Virus record (IMG/VR): IMGVR_UViG_2737471869_000029
Span: 1 to 8,228 of that record
Length of the DNA stretch: 8,228 nucleotides
Direction: 5' to 3' (one strand)
From: a virus
Lineage: Duplodnaviria; Heunggongvirae; Uroviricota; Caudoviricetes
The position numbers were made by a program, and so were the translations under genes. The notes beneath the pieces were generated by a model that was given only the letters and a program-made list of their open reading frames with translations, was not told the origin of the DNA and ran no database searches. This document shows positions 1-6,313 of the stretch, in pieces. Numbering within the stretch: the stretch's first letter is position 1; every line of letters begins with the position of its first letter.

Positions 1-52
1 GGACAGGCCCACCCCACCAGGAGGACCCGCAAAAAAGGCGGCTGCTGCCGCC
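1..52. repeat. Copy A of a conserved terminator-associated element (GGACAGGCCCACC-N3-CCAGGAG-N7-AAAAAAG-hairpin)
   Basis: Positions 1-37 align with 2530-2566: 13/13, then 3 mismatches, 7/7, 4/7, 7/7. Each copy is followed by a different GC-rich hairpin. Confidence 0.55.
31..52 (-). terminator. Rho-independent terminator after the capsid gene
   Basis: Minus-strand read: GGCGGC-AGCA-GCCGCC hairpin (37-52) followed by TTTTTT (31-36), 7 nt downstream of the stop at 59-61. Confidence 0.6.
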
Positions 53-58
53 TTGTTC

Positions 59-1939
59 TCATGAAGAAATCGCTCTGACCATTCCGCGATAATCCAGAGC
101 AGCAACGCCAGCATCAATGCGGACCTTCCAGGCCACACCGTCAACAATAAAGCCCTCCTGCTGCTCAAGGTAAGGCTCGTCATTACCGTCAAGATAAGCC
201 ACCTCAATTGTGTCCGTTCCCTGTGCTGAAAGCATGTACCATTGCTTATCACTGACTTCATCAAGGCGGGGATCGACAATAATATCCAGTTGTTTGTGGT
301 ACGGGTTATATGAACCACTGTTTGTATCGGCACCAAAAGGCGTGGTTGAGTTAACCATTTGCAACGCTCTGTCTTCCAGAGCCGCTGGAACAAGAAGGAA
401 TTTTGGCACAATATTCAGCACCTCACCGTTTTCATCCCTCTGTGTGCGCATTGCACGGCGTGCAATGCCAAGCCCTGTAGTGCTGACTCCGTTATCAATA
501 TCATTTCCGTGTTTTTTGCTGAACAGCGGTATACCGTCAGAAAGCTTTGTGTTTCCTGTCAGCACCAGATGAACCAGATTACCCACCGTTCTGGCGGCTG
601 CTCGCCCCATTGCCTGCGGGATAACGGTTAACTGATTCAGATCATCGTTAATAATCGCCTGTCGGGTAATGCTGAAAATATTACCGTAGGTGGCCAGCGC
701 GATTGGTTCACCACGGTCACTGGTGGTTATGTATTTATATTCCGCACCTTCCGGCACTTTGTTTAATGTCGAGAAGCCATTCAGACCAACACGACGCGCT
801 TCATGGAAGTTTGACAATGAACCTTTTTTCGTCCACTGGCGAAATGTCTCGCCGCTTTGCTCCCATCCGGCAAGCACTGATTTTTCAGCGCCACCAGCAA
901 GGATATAAGTAAAATCGCTGCTGCTGTGGTTGAATGCCGCGTTTACTATCTGCGAGCGTGTGCTGTAGCTGCCTGTGCTTATGCCGCGATGGGTTAATGA
1001 TGCCTGTGCCATATCGAAAAGGCTCATCATGGCGTAAGGGTTTCCGCGTTCTGCCTGCTCGTGCCCAAGACGCGCATTAAGCCCCTGACGCATTGCATCA
1101 CCCGTTATGTTGCCGTTATCCGTATATGCGTAGTAAAGATTTGCAGGTGTGGTTTTGTTTGTCGGTGTCGATTCTTTACCCATAGTGAGTAAAAGACGTT
1201 CGCGCGCATCCTCAACGCTACACCCTGAATCAGCAAGACAACTTATAGCCAGGTCGTTATATCTTCCGTTGAACGTACCGAACAACTCACGGATCCCGTT
1301 GAGTCGTTCCTGTTCTCCGCTGGTCGTTTTCTGGCTGATCATGTTCTTAATATTTTCCGGCATATTTGAAAAATCTCCGATTCGTTTTGATTCAATTCGG
1401 GCCATTGCTGTAATCGCGGGTATAACCTCGTCTGCGAAGCCGTTAGCCTTACACTCATTGCCATCCATCCAGGTTTCCGCCTCCATCATGGCGGTGATTT
1501 CCTGTTTGCTCCTGCCCGTTCTTCCGGCGTAGGTTTCAGCCATCGTGTCGCCCAGCTTGTCCATCAGGTCAGCAAAGCGGCGAACGTCGCCCGACACTCC
1601 GGCAGTAACACCACGGGGGGCATGTATCATCATCATTGCGTTTTCAGGCATAACGATGTGATCGCCACACATGGCAATAAACGAGGCCATAGAAGCCGCC
1701 ATGCCTTCAATGTGTACAATTTTCTTTGCCGGATGATTTTTCAGGGCGTTATAGATAGCCAGCCCTTCAAAGATGTCGCCACCAGGTGAATGGATGCGAA
1801 GATGGATTTCAGACGCATTACCACACGCGTTGATCTCGTCAGTAAGTGCCGATGCTTTTACACCGTACCCGCCGATCTCGTCATAAATGCGCACATAGAC
1901 AACATCTGCCATAGCCTTAATGGAAAACCATGTTTTCAT
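59..1939 (-). CDS. Prohead serine protease (ClpP-like) fused to HK97-fold major capsid protein, 626 aa
   Basis: N-terminal ~190 aa carries ClpP/S14-like motifs (HSPGGD, GMAASMAS with the nucleophile Ser, MMMIHAP with the His). The C-terminal ~400 aa has a phage major-capsid-like tail (FLLVPAALEDRAL ... GFIVDGVAWKVRIDAGVAALDYRGMVR). AGGAG sits 7 nt upstream of the ATG at 1939, and the start overlaps the upstream ORF stop (ATGA). A hairpin with T-tract follows the stop. Confidence 0.7.
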   Translation of the reverse strand: MKTWFSIKAMADVVYVRIYDEIGGYGVKASALTDEINACGNASEIHLRIHSPGGDIFEGLAIYNALKNHPAKKIVHIEGMAASMASFIAMCGDHIVMPENAMMMIHAPRGVTAGVSGDVRRFADLMDKLGDTMAETYAGRTGRSKQEITAMMEAETWMDGNECKANGFADEVIPAITAMARIESKRIGDFSNMPENIKNMISQKTTSGEQERLNGIRELFGTFNGRYNDLAISCLADSGCSVEDARERLLLTMGKESTPTNKTTPANLYYAYTDNGNITGDAMRQGLNARLGHEQAERGNPYAMMSLFDMAQASLTHRGISTGSYSTRSQIVNAAFNHSSSDFTYILAGGAEKSVLAGWEQSGETFRQWTKKGSLSNFHEARRVGLNGFSTLNKVPEGAEYKYITTSDRGEPIALATYGNIFSITRQAIINDDLNQLTVIPQAMGRAAARTVGNLVHLVLTGNTKLSDGIPLFSKKHGNDIDNGVSTTGLGIARRAMRTQRDENGEVLNIVPKFLLVPAALEDRALQMVNSTTPFGADTNSGSYNPYHKQLDIIVDPRLDEVSDKQWYMLSAQGTDTIEVAYLDGNDEPYLEQQEGFIVDGVAWKVRIDAGVAALDYRGMVRAISS

Positions 1940-2130
1940 AGCCAGGCTCCTAACGTTGCCCTGTACCAGTATTCAACCGCGCTGCGTGTGATTTGTCCTT
2001 TCGTGGGTACCGGCATACCCGGGTGATTGTCTTTGATGAACTGCTGATAGCGTTCGATCTTCTCCATAGTTCCGGCGTCTATGTGTACCGTGGCACTTTT
2101 ATCCGGCTTTCTGGTGTTGTTCTCTGGCAT
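1936..2130 (-). CDS. Hypothetical small protein, 64 aa from the ATG at 2130 (track gives 75 aa from 2163)
   Basis: GGAGG lies 8 nt upstream of the ATG at 2128-2130; the ATGATG at 2163 has no SD. Its stop overlaps the capsid start (ATGA), suggesting translational coupling. No recognisable motif. Confidence 0.5.
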   Translation of the reverse strand: MPENNTRKPDKSATVHIDAGTMEKIERYQQFIKDNHPGMPVPTKGQITRSAVEYWYRATLGAWL

Positions 2131-2212
2131 AAATCCGCCTCCGTTTTGATTAACGGGCATCATTATTGATCGATAAAAGTAATAGATAAATCATTTTCTA
2201 CCTGAAAATTAG

Positions 2213-2218
2213 ATTATA
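2213..2218 (-). promoter_or_regulatory. Candidate -10 hexamer (TATAAT on minus strand) for the small-ORF/capsid operon
   Basis: Perfect TATAAT on the minus strand about 80 nt upstream of the ORF start. No good -35 at 17 bp, which would fit an activator-dependent promoter. Confidence 0.25.
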
Positions 2219-2250
2219 TTTTTCTGATTATTCTCAGAGAGGCAAATCCA

Positions 2251-2280
2251 TTGACGCATTTTTGCTATTGAAGCAATATT
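2251..2280 (+). promoter_or_regulatory. Candidate sigma70 promoter on plus strand (TTGACG-N18-AATATT)
   Basis: TTGACG at 2251-2256 and AATATT at 2275-2280. It points rightward into a region with no plus-strand CDS but a strong plus-strand terminator 45-80 nt downstream. Confidence 0.3.
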
Positions 2281-2286
2281 AAGACT

Positions 2287-2361
2287 CGTCATCCTGGCGA
2301 TAAAAACTCCTTTGTCGTGTAAAAGCGCCTCCGGTAACAGCAATCGAGGGCGCTTTTTTTT
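2287..2361 (+). ncRNA. Candidate small RNA (about 75 nt) between the plus-strand promoter and terminator
   Basis: Bounded by the promoter candidate at 2251-2280 and the intrinsic terminator at 2325-2361. No ATG-initiated ORF inside. Purely structural inference. Confidence 0.2.
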
Positions 2362-2375
2362 GCGCCTGTTTTTTT
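2325..2375 (+). terminator. Strong plus-strand intrinsic terminator (tandem hairpins with T8 and T7 tracts)
   Basis: GCGCC(2325-2329) pairs with GGCGC(2349-2353), followed by T8 (2354-2361). A second hairpin GGCGC(2349-2353)/GCGCC(2362-2366) is followed by TGTTTTTTT. On the minus strand the T-tract is only TTTT. Confidence 0.55.
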
Positions 2376-2529
2376 GTAAATGTTTTCGGGAACGCTCCAG
2401 TGATGAACAAAAAACAACCTGATTCGACACTAAAAATTTTTATTCCTCAATATATCAATAACTTATAGTGGTGGTGATGGTGCCATAAAAATCAAAAAAT
2501 GCGCCTTTTTCCGCGCCCGCCCGCCCCGT

Positions 2530-2581
2530 GGACAGGCCCACCAAGCCAGGAGTACCTACAAAAAAGCCGGATTGCTCCGGC
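2530..2581. repeat. Copy B of the conserved terminator-associated element
   Basis: GGACAGGCCCACC (2530-2542), CCAGGAG (2546-2552), AAAAAAG (2560-2566), then hairpin GCCGGA-TTGC-TCCGGC (2566-2581). Preceded by an unusual CCGCGCCCGCCCGCCCC tract. Confidence 0.55.
2560..2581 (-). terminator. Rho-independent terminator after the 90-aa ORF
   Basis: Minus-strand read: GCCGGA-GCAA-TCCGGC hairpin followed by TTTTTT, 20 nt downstream of the ORF stop at 2601. Confidence 0.6.
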
Positions 2582-2600
2582 TGTGTGCTCACTTCTTCGG

Positions 2601-2873
2601 TTATTCTCCAGCGCTTTTAACGTTGATGGTTGTTACCTCTTCCGCTTCGGCAATCTCCCGCTCTGTCAGCGTGGCAAAGTTTGCCGCCGTCGTGGTCATG
2701 AATGCGCTTATCAGTTCGGGATGTGCTTTCGCATATCCTTCCCCCGCATGGCGGTCTATCGTTCTGATTGCCACCTTTAAAGCGTGCTCTGTCATGTCTA
2801 ACGCGCGATATTTCGGTTCTGTTCTGTCTCTGCGTTTTTTGAGTGATTTATTAAATTTCCCTGAAGTGTGCAT
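2601..2873 (-). CDS. Hypothetical protein, 90 aa, immediately downstream of the origin
   Basis: ATG at 2871-2873 with GAGGGGG about 11 nt upstream; own terminator downstream. Ala-rich helical-looking sequence with no motif I can name. Confidence 0.5.
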   Translation of the reverse strand: MHTSGKFNKSLKKRRDRTEPKYRALDMTEHALKVAIRTIDRHAGEGYAKAHPELISAFMTTTAANFATLTEREIAEAEEVTTINVKSAGE

Positions 2874-2919
2874 ATTTATTTTTACCCCCTCGTTTAAAAA
2901 GTTTTGAGTTGTGCCTCCC

Positions 2920-3150
2920 CTTGTCTACCTTATCTACCTTAGTGGCCATCATGCCAGTAATGGCGCGGCTTTCAGCGGGGTAGAGTGCTTTTATCCACTA
3001 TCTACCCCGTGTCTACCTCCCTGTCTGATTCAGGTAAAATCAGGTAGAGAGGGTAGATAGTGGGTAGACAGTAAAAAAAGGCTATCTACATAACTTAATG
3101 CACTGAATTAAATGTATTTTTCTTTACTCAGGTAGACAGGGTAGACAGCA
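2920..3150. repeat. Iteron-type replication origin: at least 10 copies of GGTAGA(C/G/T)(A) in both orientations around an AT-rich core
   Basis: TCTACC orientation at 2924-2929, 2933-2938, 3001-3006, 3012-3017. GGTAGA orientation at 3043-3048, 3052-3057, 3063-3068, and tandem GGTAGACAG at 3131-3139 and 3140-3148. AT-rich segment at 3072-3128. Sits directly 3' of the primase-helicase stop (3162). Confidence 0.65.
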
Positions 3151-3161
3151 ATTACAAAAAA

Positions 3162-4910
3162 TTATAAAAACGCGTCGCACTCGTCTGTTGTTATTGCGTT
3201 AGTCTGCGTTACTCCCTTAACTTTCCGCGTAATATATTCATGTCCGTAAACTTTCGCGGCTGGCTTCATAGCCTTGCCAAAGTCATTTACGTTTAGCGGT
3301 TTGCTCCTGCCTGCGTACGCCATAAACGCCAGATAGACGCGGTAAAGGCTGTTCCTGGTCGTGTACTTCACTGAATCACCACCGCCACCCATCATCAGGC
3401 CGCGCGCTTCCTCCAGAAAATTCAGGAACTGGCAAAACTCAATAACCGGATCCGTCTGTTGCTTTATTGCCAGTGCTTCATCACCGTCACGCTGTTCCAG
3501 TAGTAAAGCCCGTGCCTTCTCAGGGTCGGTAAAGTTCGCCAGCAATCGGCGGATAATGACAGGGATTTCAGCCGCGATCTTTTCCGGTAGCTCCCTGTCT
3601 TTTTCGGCCTCACTGACGATATTGTCGAAACGGAAAATTACGCGACGACGTGACACACCTCCGGCCCGTTCGGTGAATATCATCGGGTTATTGTTGGTAG
3701 CCAGCACCACCGCCCTGATTACCGCCGTAAAACGCTTCTCATATTTCGGGTTTATTTCCACGGGGTCGCCGCCCGTGATTTTCTTGATGCCCGTTCCTTC
3801 GCCTGTATATTTCGGCTGGTCAGCCAGGACGATAAGACGACTCCCGACAACCTGCGCACGTCCACCAGCATCATCAAGCGATGTCATCTCCGCGCTCACC
3901 GTGTTCTGTTTCCCTGCCAGAAGGCTGGCTATGTGCGTGAATGTACTTTTACCGCTCCCGCCGTCTCCGGTGGCCTCAATAAACATCTGCCAGTCGTACC
4001 GGTTCGCCATAATCATGTACAGCGCGGCACATATACGCATCATCTTGCGCGGGTCTTTTCCGGCTGCGTGCTCAAGCCATTTATGAAAGTTTGGCGCGTT
4101 ATCGCGGATGTTCTCCCCAGGTGCTGGTGGCGTGTACTCAATGCCGTTGTGCGTGGTGATCCAGTTCTCCGGCGTGTGCGGGGAAAATTCCCCCGTTTTC
4201 AGGTCAAGCGCACCATTGGCGAACGGCAACAAATCGCCGGACGGCTCGCCCATTGGTTCGGCAATAACTTTTAACGCTTCCACGGCGTTATTGATTACGC
4301 GCTTGCTGAAAGTGGCCCTGTGCTCTGAATAGATCGCCACCATTTCGCGGCTAAGTTCCATTGTGCTGACCGGACACCATACCCCGCCGCGCCATACGTG
4401 AACGATTTCACTTTCCGGATGCACACAAACGCCATCAAATCGACCAGCAAGCATCTGTGCGCGCTCACTGTCTGCCATTTGTGCCAATTGCGTATTTTTC
4501 TGCTCCGGCATGGTAAGCCCTGCGGCAATATTTTCACGCTCAGCATTCAGATAGCGCCGCCAGTTTTCACACTTCTGGACGTGCATTCCTTCGGGGTAAA
4601 AATTTGCGTCCTGAATATCTGCCGCCGCCAGCTTCTGACCAATCTTCTTGGTCTCCACTAAATCCAGTTCTCCGGCCTGGTACAGCCTTACGCGCTTTTT
4701 CCCATCCGGAACAATTTTCAGCGCATCAAGTTCGGCAAGCTGATTTGGCCCAAGCCACACAGGCGGCACATTATCGCCGGATGCGGGGCCATCCTGCTCC
4801 TGCCATTGTTCCGCGTGTGACCAGGCATCACTACCCGCAAAGATAATTACCTCTGTGTCTTTGTGTTTTATTCCGCGTGGCTGTTTTTTTACGTTCGGTG
4901 CCAGTTTCAT
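3162..4910 (-). CDS. Replication primase / SF3 helicase (P4 alpha-like, D5 family; PICI pri-rep type), 582 aa
   Basis: Walker A GDGGSGKST and a downstream hydrophobic-acidic stretch (LIVLAD) typical of D5-like helicases; large N-terminal domain. Start ATG overlaps the upstream ORF stop (ATGA). Iterons lie immediately downstream. Confidence 0.88.
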   Translation of the reverse strand: MKLAPNVKKQPRGIKHKDTEVIIFAGSDAWSHAEQWQEQDGPASGDNVPPVWLGPNQLAELDALKIVPDGKKRVRLYQAGELDLVETKKIGQKLAAADIQDANFYPEGMHVQKCENWRRYLNAERENIAAGLTMPEQKNTQLAQMADSERAQMLAGRFDGVCVHPESEIVHVWRGGVWCPVSTMELSREMVAIYSEHRATFSKRVINNAVEALKVIAEPMGEPSGDLLPFANGALDLKTGEFSPHTPENWITTHNGIEYTPPAPGENIRDNAPNFHKWLEHAAGKDPRKMMRICAALYMIMANRYDWQMFIEATGDGGSGKSTFTHIASLLAGKQNTVSAEMTSLDDAGGRAQVVGSRLIVLADQPKYTGEGTGIKKITGGDPVEINPKYEKRFTAVIRAVVLATNNNPMIFTERAGGVSRRRVIFRFDNIVSEAEKDRELPEKIAAEIPVIIRRLLANFTDPEKARALLLEQRDGDEALAIKQQTDPVIEFCQFLNFLEEARGLMMGGGGDSVKYTTRNSLYRVYLAFMAYAGRSKPLNVNDFGKAMKPAAKVYGHEYITRKVKGVTQTNAITTDECDAFL

Positions 4911-5206
4911 TTTTTACCCCTGAATACGTTAAGCATCTTTTTTATTTCCTGAATATTGGCGCGTGCTTTCTCCCTGCTGGTGGGCACGTTATGCGGCGCG
5001 GTCTGTACAAGAGAAAAATCACGCCGGAACTGATAAACAGGCATCACGCAATCATATTCGTAACCCTCACGGCGGTAAGTTACGCACCGTCCCGCCACGC
5101 CCTTAATCATTACCGTGCCGCCGTACTGGTCGCGGTAAATATCACCGCGCGTAAATTTAGGGTGAGTGTTGCCACTGGCAGTTAAGCCAGAATATTTAAG
5201 TTTCAT
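4907..5206 (-). CDS. Hypothetical protein, 99 aa, coupled to the primase-helicase
   Basis: ATG at 5204-5206 with GGAG about 11 nt upstream; stop overlaps the primase start. No recognisable motif. Confidence 0.55.
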   Translation of the reverse strand: MKLKYSGLTASGNTHPKFTRGDIYRDQYGGTVMIKGVAGRCVTYRREGYEYDCVMPVYQFRRDFSLVQTAPHNVPTSREKARANIQEIKKMLNVFRGKK

Positions 5207-5211
5207 TATTT

Positions 5212-5442
5212 TTATTCTCCGGTGTGGGGCACGTTATTATTTTCGTGAATTGCCATTGCCTTATCCAGTTCATCAATAACAGGCGATAGTAATGTCTGAA
5301 TGGCTGCAAACATTAATACACCTGATTCCTCACCACCTTCCGGCACTTCAATTAATTTAATTAACAACGCATTCATTTCGCGCGCTTTAATTAATGCGTT
5401 TTCAGAGTGGATTAATACTTCAAAAGGGATTTTATGCATCAC
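5212..5442 (-). CDS. Hypothetical small protein, 75-76 aa (GTG at 5442 or ATG at 5439)
   Basis: GGGAG lies 7 nt upstream of the GTG; the start overlaps the stop of the upstream 66-aa ORF (GTGATG / TGA). Helical, acidic sequence. Confidence 0.5.
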   Translation of the reverse strand: MMHKIPFEVLIHSENALIKAREMNALLIKLIEVPEGGEESGVLMFAAIQTLLSPVIDELDKAMAIHENNNVPHTGE

Positions 5443-5639
5443 AAAATTTCTCCCTGGCGAATACGGGCGGCGAATACCATCACGCAGCCATCAGGAGATT
5501 GCTGGCGTGCTTCCTGTTCGCTGGTGGCCTCAATGGTAATCACGCGCGGTTGTGCAGTGCTCAGGGCGATAAAACGCCAGATGTATTTATTCAGGTTGTG
5601 CGAGTCCCGCCCTTGCGGGTGTGTAGTATGATTTCTCAT
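5439..5639 (-). CDS. Hypothetical small protein, 66 aa, first gene of the leftward replication operon
   Basis: ATG at 5637-5639 with GAGGT 5 nt upstream. It is the C-terminal part of the 303-aa track ORF, which I reject as a whole. Confidence 0.45.
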   Translation of the reverse strand: MRNHTTHPQGRDSHNLNKYIWRFIALSTAQPRVITIEATSEQEARQQSPDGCVMVFAARIRQGEIL

Positions 5640-5735
5640 AGCTACCTCGATACTGTTGCTATCGTTGGTGGTTAGAAGCCCGGTTAGTGTTAGCGCACTG
5701 CCGGGTTTCGTCGTTTCTGCACCTTGCATCAACAA

Positions 5736-5810
5736 GGTGTTGAACACCAATTTAAACCTAGGTGTTAAACACGTCAAGTGTTGAACACTTGTTTTTTTTC
5801 CTGCATACTG
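5736..5810. promoter_or_regulatory. Genetic switch: three palindromic operators GTGTTnAACAC over back-to-back divergent promoters
   Basis: Operators at 5737-5747, 5762-5772 and 5778-5788. Leftward promoter candidate (minus strand) TTGACG 5772-5777, N17, TAAATT 5749-5754. Rightward candidate TTGAAC 5781-5786, N17, CATACT 5804-5809. Confidence 0.6.
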
Positions 5811-5838
5811 CATTTGTTTTTTGTGAGGGGGACACAAC

Positions 5839-6018
5839 ATGGCGACAAAAGCAGTAAACGCAAAATCACAAACAGTTGCGGCAAGGGTTCCGCATGAAGT
5901 TATGAACAATGTTGAGGCGGTAAAAATGCCTGGTGAAAGTACAGGGCAGTTTGTAACAGCAGCATTAAAGCGAGAAGTTGAGTACCGCCAGCGCCGCAAG
6001 GCCAAAGAATCAGAATAA
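5839..6018 (+). CDS. Small ribbon-helix-helix-like DNA-binding protein, 59 aa (not in the ORF track)
   Basis: ATG at 5839 with GAGGGGG 6 nt upstream. Sequence MATKAVNAKSQTVAARVPHEVMNNVEAVKMPGESTGQFVTAALKREVEYRQRRKAKESE fits an RHH (Arc/CopG-like) beta-helix-GxS/T-helix pattern. Transcribed divergently from the replication operon. Confidence 0.55.
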   Translation: MATKAVNAKSQTVAARVPHEVMNNVEAVKMPGESTGQFVTAALKREVEYRQRRKAKESE

Positions 6019-6075
6019 TAACTATCATCGCCGTGGTGTGAGGAACTCCGGCGCATTGCTTTACAGGTACACAGA

Positions 6076-6249
6076 ATGACCAACAAAGAATCAACCAATA
6101 CACCATCACCGGCACGGAAAAGACGGCGCAGAAAGATAGAGCATGAATCAGAAAGATTCGCGCCATGTGCTTTTGCCCTTGAGCAATTCCTTAAAGAGTA
6201 CAGGGAAACGCGCTCATTGCAGGTATGGCAACGAACTGAACCAGACTGA
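6076..6249 (+). CDS. Hypothetical small basic protein, 57 aa (not in the ORF track)
   Basis: ATG at 6076 with a weak AGGT SD 7 nt upstream; same frame as the RHH ORF. Arg/Lys-rich N-terminus (ARKRRRRK). A plus-strand terminator follows. Confidence 0.3.
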   Translation: MTNKESTNTPSPARKRRRRKIEHESERFAPCAFALEQFLKEYRETRSLQVWQRTEPD

Positions 6250-6313
6250 TTGCATTGCCCACCAGCCTGATAGCGGCTATCATCCCCGTGCTTATGTTTA
6301 GTGCTTTCCCATT

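Noticed and set aside
210-1532. Plus-strand ORFs inside the capsid gene (210-572, 359-631, 690-908, 703-912, 1149-1532)
   Set aside because: All are antisense to a long, well-supported minus-strand CDS and lack ribosome-binding sites.
2209-2430. 73-aa minus-strand ORF in the long intergenic region
   Set aside because: It runs through the tandem terminator hairpins and T-tracts, has a poly-Lys/Arg low-complexity centre, and lacks an SD. More likely noncoding.
2467-2484. GTGGTGGTGATGGTG run (reverse complement encodes consecutive His codons) as a possible His-tag or engineered sequence
   Set aside because: On the minus strand it is not in frame with any supported ORF (it reads M-A-P-S-P-P-L-stop), so there is no evidence of an artificial tag.
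2920-3150. Possible CRISPR array, because of the short repeated units
   Set aside because: The repeats are 6-9 bp, occur in both orientations with irregular spacing, and have no 28-37 bp unit or spacer structure. The pattern matches iterons of a replication origin.
3361-4846. Plus-strand ORFs inside the primase-helicase gene, including the 241-aa ORF at 3361-4086
   Set aside because: Antisense shadow ORFs of a gene with a clear Walker A motif on the minus strand; Ser/Pro/Arg-rich low-complexity translations.
5900-6166. 88-aa hydrophobic minus-strand ORF
   Set aside because: Antisense to the two plus-strand small genes, no SD, composition typical of a shadow ORF.
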